Shown: one piece after another, positions 28,589 to 38,153 of the stretch | Position numbering within the stretch: position 1 is the stretch's first letter | Layout: every line of letters starts with the position of its first letter | Origin: Bacteroidales bacterium | Lineage (GTDB): Bacteria; Bacteroidota; Bacteroidia; Bacteroidales; F082 | Reading direction: 5' to 3' | Length of the DNA stretch: 64,000 nt | Assembly (NCBI GenBank): GCA_045591245.1 | Contig: JAZNSO010000007.1 | Span: 4,621 to 68,620, forward strand | The notes under the pieces: model-generated | Database searches by the model: none | What the model saw: only the letters and a program-made list of their open reading frames with translations | Told to the model about the DNA's origin: nothing | Program-made: the position numbers and the translations under genes

Positions 28589-29461
28589 TTATGGTTTTCT
28601 TATGACATCAATGCTACAAAGCCATTCTAAAAGCAAATCCTGCCATTTTGATTCTGCGGTGAATTCGCAATCTTTCATTCCATAACCATGACCGCCCGTT
28701 TCAAAAAGCATGAATTTATGATTTATATTCTTATCTGTCAATGCCTTGTCTAATACTACGCTATTGCGATAGTCAACAACATCGTCATCCTTAGACGCTT
28801 GAACATAAATTGGAGGCATATCGTCAGGAATATTCAATTCTAAAGAAAATTTATCAATGGTTTCCTTCGTCAGATTGTCTTCTCCGATGAGATTTTTTCT
28901 TGACTTGAAATGAGCTAATTCATCCTGCATCGAGACGACAGGATATATCGCAGCAATCCAATTCGGGCGAAGACCCACTTTTGTCTCAATACCTAAAGCC
29001 TTGAGATAATTGGTTTTACCATAGACGCCGCTCATTGTCACGAGATGACCTCCTGCCGAATATCCTATGCAACCGACCCTCGTGGTATCAATGCCGTAAT
29101 CATCAGCATTTTCCTTCACGAACTGAATGCAACGCTGAAAATCTTCTATCATTGCAGGATGGTGAAAACCCTGACATGCAGTTCTATAGCACAAAACAAA
29201 AGCCGAAACGCCTTGTTCGTTAAACCATTCGGCGGTTTTTATTCCTTCGTGCGGAACGCCAAGATGATGGTAACTTCCGCCAGGACATATTATCACGGCT
29301 GCGCCATTATTGTTATCAGAAGAGGCTGGATAGATTAAGATTTCTTTCTTAGCTTTCTTCATCGACTCAACACCTTCCCAAACTCTAATCTTCGATTGAG
29401 AGAAAACCAGATTAGAGACCAAGAAAGTCATCACAAATAATATCAGAAATCTTTTAATCAT
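28589..29461 (-). CDS. Secreted alpha/beta-hydrolase (esterase/lipase)
   Basis: ORF 28589..29548, which I start at ATG 29461 (MIKRFLILFVMTFLVSNLVFSQ signal). GYSAGGH nucleophile elbow and CPGGSYHH oxyanion region. The longer N-terminus would run through the hairpin repeats. Confidence 0.8.
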   Translation of the reverse strand: MIKRFLILFVMTFLVSNLVFSQSKIRVWEGVESMKKAKKEILIYPASSDNNNGAAVIICPGGSYHHLGVPHEGIKTAEWFNEQGVSAFVLCYRTACQGFHHPAMIEDFQRCIQFVKENADDYGIDTTRVGCIGYSAGGHLVTMSGVYGKTNYLKALGIETKVGLRPNWIAAIYPVVSMQDELAHFKSRKNLIGEDNLTKETIDKFSLELNIPDDMPPIYVQASKDDDVVDYRNSVVLDKALTDKNINHKFMLFETGGHGYGMKDCEFTAESKWQDLLLEWLCSIDVIRKP

Positions 29462-29472
29462 ATATATTGTCC

Positions 29473-29584
29473 TATATTGAAACGTGTCAATGACATCTTG
29501 TTTATTATTGTTTATTTGACGTTTTATATTGAGACGTGTCAATGACATCTTGTTTATTATTTTAAGGTGTCATTGACGCGTCTC
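29473..29584. repeat. 37-bp direct repeat (x2, 1 mismatch) plus an inverted third copy of its 17-nt core, forming a 17-bp hairpin
   Basis: TATATTGA(A/G)ACGTGTCAATGACATCTTGTTTATTATT occurs at 29473-29509 and 29525-29561. GAGACGTGTCAATGACA (29531-29547) faces TGTCATTGACGCGTCTC (29568-29584). Confidence 0.8.
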
Positions 29585-29589
29585 TACTA

Positions 29590-29949
29590 TTATTCAATAA
29601 TCTCTTTTACCTCTTCTATTGTCAACTGACGATATGCGGGCATCTTTCCTTCTTCAAAACTAACCTCAAAATATTCTTCATCGTAAAAAGAAAGTTTTGA
29701 GTTGGTGTCGGGATTACATTCTATATAAACAATATTGTTTGTATCTAGATTCTTTGCCCTGCAGATCTGTTCCATCAATGACTTGCCTGCGTATGTTACT
29801 GATGTTCCAGGGTTGTCTTGGTACAACTCTGTGACAATGACGTAATTTTTATCATTTTTATTGATGATTTTCAAACCACAGCTGCTCGGCATTTCCCATT
29901 GACCTGCAAACTTAAAAATCTCGTCGTAATATTTTTCTGAAACTTTCAT
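29590..29949 (-). CDS. Hypothetical cytoplasmic protein (119 aa)
   Basis: No signal peptide. Contains ELYQDNPGTSVTYAGKSLMEQI. Lies inside the cluster, 9 nt after the previous gene. Confidence 0.6.
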   Translation of the reverse strand: MKVSEKYYDEIFKFAGQWEMPSSCGLKIINKNDKNYVIVTELYQDNPGTSVTYAGKSLMEQICRAKNLDTNNIVYIECNPDTNSKLSFYDEEYFEVSFEEGKMPAYRQLTIEEVKEIIE

Positions 29950-29958
29950 TTTAACTTA

Positions 29959-30654
29959 TTAAAAATCGCTAATAATTGTAAATTCTTTAAATAAATTCAA
30001 TATATACATTACAGCATCATATTCTGCCTTATAACTAGCATTCTCGCTTTCTATCAATGAGTCATATTCTGATACTTTTTCATTATCAACTCGATTCTGA
30101 TTCAACAATTGTTCTCGTTCCTTTTTCAAACTATTTACCCTTTGCCAATGAATCATATTTGATGGACCTTCTGATTTTGCTTCACCTCTTATTGACCTCC
30201 TATTTGTGTAAAAATCATTCAAAACATAACGATATTTACCATCACGAATGTCAATTACACACTTAAAAGTGACCTGACTTTTATGTCTTAAAAATGAAGC
30301 AGCAGAGTTTCCAAAGATTTCAACATTAAATAAATCCGTTCCTATAGGAAGTTCTATTTCAAAACAAATCTTTGTCAAACCCCAAAGGAGATCATTAACA
30401 CTACATTGATAAGTATGTTCCAAATCATAAACCCATTCTTCCAATAGCCCTTTTATAGAATCCGCCGACATATTACAATGAATGACATCCGAATAGATTA
30501 TCTCTCCGTTCTCATTCTGATTGAACAGACACTCGCCCATTGGTCCGTTTGTGTCGAAAGCAGCATGATTAAAGTAACTGCCATATTTAACCTGCGAATT
30601 TGCATTTAAAGAAACTATGGCTATTGAAATTATGAGCAATATTTTTTTTATCAT
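29959..30654 (-). CDS. Hypothetical secreted protein (231 aa)
   Basis: Signal MIKKILLIISIAIVSLNANSQ. ATGA overlap with the radical SAM gene. C-terminal coiled-coil-like segment. Confidence 0.6.
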   Translation of the reverse strand: MIKKILLIISIAIVSLNANSQVKYGSYFNHAAFDTNGPMGECLFNQNENGEIIYSDVIHCNMSADSIKGLLEEWVYDLEHTYQCSVNDLLWGLTKICFEIELPIGTDLFNVEIFGNSAASFLRHKSQVTFKCVIDIRDGKYRYVLNDFYTNRRSIRGEAKSEGPSNMIHWQRVNSLKKEREQLLNQNRVDNEKVSEYDSLIESENASYKAEYDAVMYILNLFKEFTIISDF

Positions 30655-31937
30655 TTCAAATCTGTTTTAATTTTTCTAACGACATCCTTTCCAAACGATT
30701 TATTGATAAGTCGTCTGTCTCTTGGACGATATGTGCCGTCTTCCATTTCTCTCATCATAACTTTAGAGAAGAGCTTGAACATCTTTTGTTCCTGACTTTC
30801 ATCTTGATAGAATGTTTTCCAAGCGTAATCATAAAGTTCTTGCAATTTCTCTGGTGTCATGTATTTTGGTTGATAAACCACTTGACCTGCATTGAAATGA
30901 TCCCAATCATGGTCGAAAATACGACCCTGACGCATTAAGTCATCGTAGGCTTTTGTATGTGGGAAAGGTGCCAATACTGTGAACTCTGCCAAGTCCAAAT
31001 CAATCTCCAACAAGAAATCGATAAGACGTTTGATGTCGTCTTCTGTTTGATTGTCGAGTCCAAGTAGAATTGTTCCTTCTACACCGATACCATAATCATG
31101 ATAACGTTTAACACGTTCTTTGATATAATCTGAGGTGTCATAAACGGCTTGATATACGTACCAAGCTCCTGCTTGAGCTGCCAAATCAAGTACTTCTGGA
31201 TCATCTTCTATTGTGTGACTAATCCATTTTTTCTTGAAAGGAATAAGCTCTTTGAAAAGTTCCATTTCCCATTCCTTATTCTGTGCCAAAGAGTTATCTA
31301 CGATAAACAAACGATTGTTATCGATTGTAGCGAGATCTTCCACCACTCTTTCTATTGGACGAGGGCGGAAGCAGCGACCTCCGAGATAAGATACAGCGCA
31401 AGGATAGCAGCTGAAACGGCATCCACGCGATGCATGGAACAAGTCAACCATTGGCACGCCTTTGTGATTATACAAGTCGCGTTTGTACAAGTCTCGTCTT
31501 GCAGGACCAACACTTTCGATTGGAGGCTGCTGTCCCATATAATTATATACTTTCTTCAAAGTGCCGTTTCTCAAGTCGTTAATGACTTCTTCCATACGTC
31601 CTTCGCTTTCGCCTAAGAAAACAGAGTCTGCATATTGCAAAGTCTCCTCTGCGTGAAGCATTGTGGAGATACCTCCGAAAATCACTTTCTTCCCTCTTTT
31701 GCGATATTCTGTAGCAATTGCCCAACCACGTTTCACTTGAGTAGTGAGCATCATTGAAATAGCAACGAAATCACATTCTTCATCGAAATTCAGTTCTTCA
31801 ACGTTCTCATCAGTAAAAGAAACTTCTACATAATCAGGCAAAGAAGCCGCAAAAACAACAGGTCCGTGAGGCGGTAAATTAAAAGTTGTCTGTCCTGGAA
31901 GTTTGTTCCATCTTGGGTATATAAGTTTACATTTCAT
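30651..31937 (-). CDS. B12-binding-domain radical SAM protein
   Basis: N-terminal cobalamin-binding-like domain and CxxxCxxC in ASRGCRFSCYPCAV. Confidence 0.9.
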   Translation of the reverse strand: MKCKLIYPRWNKLPGQTTFNLPPHGPVVFAASLPDYVEVSFTDENVEELNFDEECDFVAISMMLTTQVKRGWAIATEYRKRGKKVIFGGISTMLHAEETLQYADSVFLGESEGRMEEVINDLRNGTLKKVYNYMGQQPPIESVGPARRDLYKRDLYNHKGVPMVDLFHASRGCRFSCYPCAVSYLGGRCFRPRPIERVVEDLATIDNNRLFIVDNSLAQNKEWEMELFKELIPFKKKWISHTIEDDPEVLDLAAQAGAWYVYQAVYDTSDYIKERVKRYHDYGIGVEGTILLGLDNQTEDDIKRLIDFLLEIDLDLAEFTVLAPFPHTKAYDDLMRQGRIFDHDWDHFNAGQVVYQPKYMTPEKLQELYDYAWKTFYQDESQEQKMFKLFSKVMMREMEDGTYRPRDRRLINKSFGKDVVRKIKTDLK

Positions 31938-31977
31938 ATCTAAAATATTTTATTTTACGCAAAGATAATATTTTTTA

Positions 31978-33477
31978 TCATTCAAATTCATTTATCTGGT
32001 TAATTATAAATTCTTTTCCCAACAATTCGCTGGCTGTTATTACAGAACTAATTATAACACCCAGAACTCCGTGAGAATTTGTATTTTGCCCAGTCAAAAG
32101 CAGGTTTGGTATCTTGGTTCTCTGCGATATTGTTGTTTGAATTGGAGATGCCACATCACGAACTACTCCGTATGTCGAGCCTTCTTTTGTCGATGTATAA
32201 TCTTGATACGTAAGCGGAGTCGAAGTCCAATAATTTTCAACTTTACTTAAAGTTCCTGGCATATCTTTTTCTAAACATTCGAGCAATTTCTCAGCCTTAA
32301 TTCTCTTAAATTCCTCATAATCAACACCTCTATTACCAATCTTTGTTCCATCCCATTTCGCTACATCAGCATAATTCATATATGAAAACAAAATCGCTCC
32401 TTTTGCGAACTTCTGATTTTTTTCGGAACATTGATGCATATACAGATAACTCTTAGGCCAGTTTCCGTCATTATAACTCTCACAATTCCAAATAGATGAA
32501 TCTCTATATTTAAAGAAGTTGCTATTAAGGTAAGGAAGGGTATTTTCCTTAAATTTTATATATACTGTGAATGTAGAAACAGTCTGTTCCATACTGCAAA
32601 TTCTTTCACGGTAGGCTTTTCTAATCAGATGAGAATCAATCATCTTCAATAAATATTCAGGATGTATCGAGGAAATTAAATATTTTACTCCCACCTTATT
32701 TCCATTTTTTAGTTCAATAGCTGTTACTTTCTTATCATCACAAACAATTTTGGTCACTTCGCTATTGTTAAACAGACCTACGCCCATATTTTTCAATGAT
32801 TTAACAAGTGACTCAGCGATATTATCGCTGCTACCGACAATTCTATACGCGCTGTTAATATAGAAATCGCTGATAAGCGCGTGGATGTAAAGCGGAGTCT
32901 TGTCTTTTAAACCCGCATAAAGCGGAATATTTCCTGTCAAGACATTTTGCAGTGTCTCATTTGATGTTATTTTTGATATATATTCATTGATGCTGGTCTT
33001 AATATGTTCAGGATCAAGAATATTCAATGTATCAAAACCTTTAAAGGAATAATAAGGAGAGTTCTCTGTTACATTATGTATCGCTTTGACATAATTTTTT
33101 ATATCATTGACATTATTTGGGAATTTCTTTGCCAGAGTTTCAATAAAATTCTCATGTCCGTTGGCATAACAATATCTTTCTCCCTTAAAATCAATGATAT
33201 CGTAACAAGACTTATCTAATGATGATAATTCAATATCATTGAGTATTGAGAGATAATTAAAATATTTATGCAAAATCTGCCCCTGTTCTATACTTCCGAC
33301 ATAATGCATTCCGGTTTCAAAAGTCACTCCTGAACGTTTAAAAGACTGCAGACAACCTCCAAACTGTGCATTTTTCTCAAAAACCGCGACCTTATAACCA
33401 TTTTTTGCAAGGATGTAGGCAATCGACAATCCGCTCAGTCCACTTCCTATAACGGCTACTTCGTAGTTATTCTCCAT
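31978..33477 (-). CDS. Phytoene-desaturase-like NAD(P)/FAD-dependent oxidoreductase
   Basis: The ORF begins with TTG at 33486; I start it at ATG 33477 (MENNYEVAVIGSGLSGLSIAYILAKNGYKVAVFEKN, a Rossmann dinucleotide fold). Confidence 0.85.
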   Translation of the reverse strand: MENNYEVAVIGSGLSGLSIAYILAKNGYKVAVFEKNAQFGGCLQSFKRSGVTFETGMHYVGSIEQGQILHKYFNYLSILNDIELSSLDKSCYDIIDFKGERYCYANGHENFIETLAKKFPNNVNDIKNYVKAIHNVTENSPYYSFKGFDTLNILDPEHIKTSINEYISKITSNETLQNVLTGNIPLYAGLKDKTPLYIHALISDFYINSAYRIVGSSDNIAESLVKSLKNMGVGLFNNSEVTKIVCDDKKVTAIELKNGNKVGVKYLISSIHPEYLLKMIDSHLIRKAYRERICSMEQTVSTFTVYIKFKENTLPYLNSNFFKYRDSSIWNCESYNDGNWPKSYLYMHQCSEKNQKFAKGAILFSYMNYADVAKWDGTKIGNRGVDYEEFKRIKAEKLLECLEKDMPGTLSKVENYWTSTPLTYQDYTSTKEGSTYGVVRDVASPIQTTISQRTKIPNLLLTGQNTNSHGVLGVIISSVITASELLGKEFIINQINEFE

Positions 33478-36400
33478 GACAATCAATAATATAGTTAAAT
33501 AATACTTCTTCTTTTTCCTTTTGTAAATATATTAAATTTCGTGGAAGAGACGCACAATTGCTTGCTGTAAGATAATTTTCTTCATCTTCTATTATGGCTG
33601 TAAAATTGGCATTTTTACGCACCAATGCTACCAACAACGAAATTTCTCCCATTCCAACATTTCTCAATAATATATTTCCTTCATCAGGAATATTTGATAT
33701 CAATTCCTTATAATTATCATTCATCGACAATGACTTACGCACTTTTTTCAATACATCCCTACCTTTGTAAAGATAATTATTTACAATTTCATCTGCATAA
33801 TAATCTGCAGTTTCTATCTCTTTACATAATTCAGAATACTTTTCCTTGTACATCTTGCGTGTTTCCTTGCAAAGTTCTTGATAATCAATATTATCTGTGC
33901 AAATACGAGGTAATACCTCAATATGAAGTTCACCTTTTTTAAGAAGCATATATTTTTTTGGAAGCACATATCCGAAACCATGAATCATCACAGGTATTAT
34001 ACTCACATTCAGTTCTTTAGCGAGATAAAAAGCACCTTTATGGAAACGTAGAATGGAACAATCTTCGGAGCGCGTTCCTTCCGGGAAAATCGCGATAGAA
34101 TATCCTTCCTGCATTTTATTTCTTAAAGGTCCAATGTCCTCGACATCAAATTTTTCAGCAGGATAAAAATCCGCATAGCGAATTATCCAACGATAAAACG
34201 GCGCGTTCCAAACCCATTTATTTGTAACGACAATTATTTTGTGCGACAAGGCCAATATTGCCATTAAGTCAATGTGTGCCTGATGATTACAAATCATAAT
34301 TGCAGGTTTATCGAAAGGATTTTCTTCTCCTGAATTATTTTTAATAGTACAATTTGTCATAGGGATTTTTTTCAAGACGAACTTGCAAATCCATTGAAGA
34401 TGACGATGATATGTTATCTTATGTTTCTCGCTTCGACCACCAATCGTCAACAGGAAGAAACCGAGAAATGTCAAATAAAATGAGCCAATCAAGAAACAAA
34501 CAAAAGCGAAGACAGTATAAGAAAGGTTCTTTATAGTAATAGGATTGCTTCTTTTTTGACCTTTTTTTGTGGTAAGCCATTTGAAAAAAAACGAAGGTAT
34601 TATGTAAGCCGCGAGTACTACACAGAACATTCCGACAATAACGACTTGTCCTAACTGCTTCATTGCCGGATGCTTAGCTAAAATCAAACAACCTATTCCG
34701 ACAAACATAATCAAGGCAGAAAGCGCGACAGTACTTTTGTACGTGGAGAGCATTTTCTTACCGAATCTATTTTCGTAGAGACAACCTTCCATCATAAAAA
34801 TTGTATAATCGTCGCCCATGCCAAAAATAAATGTCGCAAGAATTATATTCACTATATTAAATTGAATGTCAAATACATTCATAATTGAAAGAATCCAGAG
34901 CCAACTTATGGCGAGCGGCAAGAATGCTATCATACTTAATTCTATTCTTCCAAACGAAACCAATAAGAAGAAAAACACTATGAAACTGCAAATATATAGC
35001 ACGAAATCAAAATCATCTGACAATGAACTCACTACAGTCGACAAAGCAGATTCTTGACTGAAAGCGAAAACTTTATTGTTAGAATATTTCTTATCGTTTT
35101 TCAAATTATTTTTAACATTTTCAAAGTCGTCAGGGTTTATATGTATCACAGAAAAAATCATCGCTCTGTTTTCTTCGTCAATAATGTAATTATCAGCGAG
35201 ATTATTAGTCAAAGTCTGGAAATATTCAGCATCTTGAACTTCAAAATCTCTGGTTATCAATTCCTTGAAATTCTTAAAGGCATCTTTCTTAAAACCTATT
35301 TTCTCTGCCGCAGCTTCAATTTCAGGATAAATATTTTTATCTTTCCAATAGTTTTCCCATAATTCAAGTCGTTTTTCCTGTTCCTTTTTTGAAGGTAGAT
35401 AAACATCGATTGATGTTAGTCTCAAGTTGCTGTCATTATTTGCAAGTTTCTCTAAGTCAGGGAGTATCTCTTCATAATTATTCAGAGCGTTTTCTAAATT
35501 TTCACCGTCAGCGACGATATAAAGTGTTTTGTCGGAATTTTCTGTATTAGTTATAAGTTTTTTCATCAGAACTTTTTGTTCGTCAGTCATATAATTGATT
35601 TTACTCATATCGGCATCGAAACCTGCCTTTCCGATAAAAAACGATGCTACAGTCAACGCAAAAATCACGAGTATTAGAACTCTGGAGTTTTCAAACTGAA
35701 TATCAGTGAATTTCTTAAAAAGTCGTTTTGGTTCTTTTGAATAGAACCTGCTTTTTTCAGGAACGATATGCGGCATTACGAGAAGTACGAAAAATATTGT
35801 TCCGACAAGCAGCATTGATGCGAAAACGCCTAGATTTTTCATTGCAGGAGAACTTATAAAAAGCAAACTCAGAAAAGCACCTACCGTAGTTATATTACCG
35901 ATTGTCAATGGATTGACAATATCATTCAATGTCTGCCGCGTTCCAAAACCGTGATATTTATGATCCAAGACGTGAAGCGGATAATTAGCAGCGATTCCGA
36001 TTATTATAGACGAGATTCCTACTGCAATGAGCGAAACTTCGTCCGACAATAAGGAAGTAATTCCCAAGGCGAAAATCATTCCGAATAATAGCGAAAGCGG
36101 AAGTGCGACAATTATTCTAAGAGAGCGGTATGAATAAGCTAAAATTATAATTATCAATATTATAGCTATTGATATTGTCAAAATACTATCTTTTTTAATT
36201 TGCTCTGCATTGCCTACAGAGACATACGCTGCTCCGAAAGGCAAAACATCAACATCTTTTATCAGATTCTCAGTTTCTTCTGCCGACTTGTCAATTAACT
36301 TAGTGAGTTTCTTGTTGTTAGCAGTCTCACTCAAAGGATATTTTGATTCAATCATCACGACTGCTTCACCGTCTTTGTTGAAAATATATCCATCCTTAGA

Positions 36401-36991
36401 ATTGAAATTGTCGTTCATCTTAAAGTTACTCAAGCCATTCAGAAGTTCACTGGAAATAAAAAGCGGGTCATTAGTCATCACCGACTTCATCATTCCGCCA
36501 TGAATAGTTCCAAGAATGTTTTTATCATTTTCTATTTGCTTGAAAATGTTTTCTTTAACAATTAAGCTATCTATTCTTTTATAATCATCTTTCTTTAGAA
36601 AATAAGGCAAATTATTTGAAATGAAATTCATCTTTTCAATGATTTCCGATTCATCTATAGAATATTGAATTTTATTCGTATAATCTTCTATATTATTATC
36701 ATACAATGAATTAACAAAAGCATCTATAGCATCATACATCAAAAAATCGTCTGCATCCTCATTAGTTTTTGAGAAATATACCATTATTGTATTTGAAGTC
36801 CCAAGGTGTTGAAGAGCATAATTTTCTCTTTCGTTATTTTTGTTTTCTGGAAGGAAACCAGAAATATCTTCACTAAAGTCTATTTTCGAGGCGAAAAAGA
36901 CGCAAACTATTGTTATTATGATAGTTATAGCAAAAAGAAGTGATTTCTTTTCACTGAAGAAGTCATATATTTTAAGAAAGAATTTTGTCAT
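33467..36991 (-). CDS. Fusion protein: MMPL/RND-like exporter + PlsC-type lysolipid acyltransferase + C-terminal methyltransferase-like remnant
   Basis: 1174 aa. About 800 aa carry two bundles of TM helices. Next come CNHQAHIDLMAI (HxxxxD) and FPEGTRS acyltransferase blocks. The last ~150 aa contain ILLRNVGMGEISL, which resembles SAM motif I. Confidence 0.85.
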   Translation of the reverse strand: MTKFFLKIYDFFSEKKSLLFAITIIITIVCVFFASKIDFSEDISGFLPENKNNERENYALQHLGTSNTIMVYFSKTNEDADDFLMYDAIDAFVNSLYDNNIEDYTNKIQYSIDESEIIEKMNFISNNLPYFLKKDDYKRIDSLIVKENIFKQIENDKNILGTIHGGMMKSVMTNDPLFISSELLNGLSNFKMNDNFNSKDGYIFNKDGEAVVMIESKYPLSETANNKKLTKLIDKSAEETENLIKDVDVLPFGAAYVSVGNAEQIKKDSILTISIAIILIIIILAYSYRSLRIIVALPLSLLFGMIFALGITSLLSDEVSLIAVGISSIIIGIAANYPLHVLDHKYHGFGTRQTLNDIVNPLTIGNITTVGAFLSLLFISSPAMKNLGVFASMLLVGTIFFVLLVMPHIVPEKSRFYSKEPKRLFKKFTDIQFENSRVLILVIFALTVASFFIGKAGFDADMSKINYMTDEQKVLMKKLITNTENSDKTLYIVADGENLENALNNYEEILPDLEKLANNDSNLRLTSIDVYLPSKKEQEKRLELWENYWKDKNIYPEIEAAAEKIGFKKDAFKNFKELITRDFEVQDAEYFQTLTNNLADNYIIDEENRAMIFSVIHINPDDFENVKNNLKNDKKYSNNKVFAFSQESALSTVVSSLSDDFDFVLYICSFIVFFFLLVSFGRIELSMIAFLPLAISWLWILSIMNVFDIQFNIVNIILATFIFGMGDDYTIFMMEGCLYENRFGKKMLSTYKSTVALSALIMFVGIGCLILAKHPAMKQLGQVVIVGMFCVVLAAYIIPSFFFKWLTTKKGQKRSNPITIKNLSYTVFAFVCFLIGSFYLTFLGFFLLTIGGRSEKHKITYHRHLQWICKFVLKKIPMTNCTIKNNSGEENPFDKPAIMICNHQAHIDLMAILALSHKIIVVTNKWVWNAPFYRWIIRYADFYPAEKFDVEDIGPLRNKMQEGYSIAIFPEGTRSEDCSILRFHKGAFYLAKELNVSIIPVMIHGFGYVLPKKYMLLKKGELHIEVLPRICTDNIDYQELCKETRKMYKEKYSELCKEIETADYYADEIVNNYLYKGRDVLKKVRKSLSMNDNYKELISNIPDEGNILLRNVGMGEISLLVALVRKNANFTAIIEDEENYLTASNCASLPRNLIYLQKEKEEVLFNYIIDCHGE

Positions 36992-37054
36992 GTTGTTTAT
37001 TGAGGAGTTAATCTATAACAAATATAATATAATTTTCAGTAATTCTATCTATTA

Positions 37055-37795
37055 TTACTTGCCTAATAATTTTCTCAAAAACATCGAAGGATAACCATAA
37101 AGTATTGCTACAAAGCACATTAAAGTATTTAAAATTGATATTCTGATAAAATCGCGACCTTTTCTGAAGTGAGTCACTCTCTCACCCACTGGAGCATAAT
37201 ATACTTTTATCGGTATGCTTATCAGTTTGATATTACGCCAAGCCATTCGTTGAAGATATTCCAACTCAGACTCATAACGCTTTGAAAACGAGCGTAACTT
37301 TCCCATTTTAAAGATAGGATACGCGCGATAACCAGTTTGCGTATCGGGAAGATTCTTGCCGGTTTGTATAGTAAACCAGAAGTTTGAGAATTTATTGGCG
37401 AAAGTGTTTCCCGCAGGCATATTATCTTGTTTCAAGAACCTGCTGCCGACAACCATTGCGCCGTAATTATTATCTATAGTTTCTAAAAAAAGCGGCAGGT
37501 CAGACGCAAAATGCTGACCATCAGCATCGATGCTTATCGCATAATCGAAGTTATGATTATTTGCGTAATCGAAAGCAAGATTAAGAGCTGCACCTTTTCC
37601 TTTATTAGGCGAATAAGAAAGAATCGTTATTTTATCGGCAATTTTTTGAAGGTTAGCAGCACTTTTGTCGGTGCAGCCGTCCAATACAACAACCACATTT
37701 TCAGAATATTGAGTAACAGACAAAGCCACATCAGCGACAGTCTTCTCGTTATTATAACAAGGTATTACTACACAAATCTTTGACTTATCAAGCAT
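37055..37795 (-). CDS. Family 2 glycosyltransferase
   Basis: VVIPCYNNEKTVADV and SIDADGQH motifs, with a C-terminal TM segment. Confidence 0.85.
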   Translation of the reverse strand: MLDKSKICVVIPCYNNEKTVADVALSVTQYSENVVVVLDGCTDKSAANLQKIADKITILSYSPNKGKGAALNLAFDYANNHNFDYAISIDADGQHFASDLPLFLETIDNNYGAMVVGSRFLKQDNMPAGNTFANKFSNFWFTIQTGKNLPDTQTGYRAYPIFKMGKLRSFSKRYESELEYLQRMAWRNIKLISIPIKVYYAPVGERVTHFRKGRDFIRISILNTLMCFVAILYGYPSMFLRKLLGK

Positions 37796-38144
37796 CTTCC
37801 AATATCATATTAATCTTTGCAAAAACTTGTTGTTCCTGAGTATCGCTGATATTTATCTTCGCTTGTAACTTGTTTTCAAGCTCAGAAATATTTACGTCAA
37901 AAAGAATTTCACTGTGTTCTCTTGGAGAAATAAGTTGCAAGAACTTGATATTCTTAATGTTTTTTATGTTTAATTTTCTATTTGTCTTTCTTTCTATCAG
38001 TTCTCGACAAATCTCGGTCATGCAAGCTCCCGGCAAAATAGGATTGCCTTCAAAATGAACCTTAAAAATGACATTATCATTATCCAACTGTATAACCGTC
38101 TTACTTTCTTCTTCCTTGATAATATTATAAAGATTATTAAACAT
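37788..38144 (-). CDS. Hotdog-fold dehydratase-like protein (FabA/FabZ-like)
   Basis: 118 aa. FKVHFEGNPILPGACMTEI matches the HF..P.LPG dehydratase signature. Confidence 0.65.
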   Translation of the reverse strand: MFNNLYNIIKEEESKTVIQLDNDNVIFKVHFEGNPILPGACMTEICRELIERKTNRKLNIKNIKNIKFLQLISPREHSEILFDVNISELENKLQAKINISDTQEQQVFAKINMILEDA

Positions 38145-38153
38145 AAGAATTTA

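Noticed and set aside
29462-29548. N-terminal 29 codons of ORF 28589..29548 (MSLTRLNIKRQINNNK...)
   Set aside because: This stretch is made of the direct-repeat/hairpin element. A canonical signal peptide begins at the internal ATG 29461.
31149-31616. 155-aa plus-strand ORF inside the radical SAM gene
   Set aside because: It is antisense to a CDS with a CxxxCxxC motif and a B12-binding domain, and it has no signal of its own.
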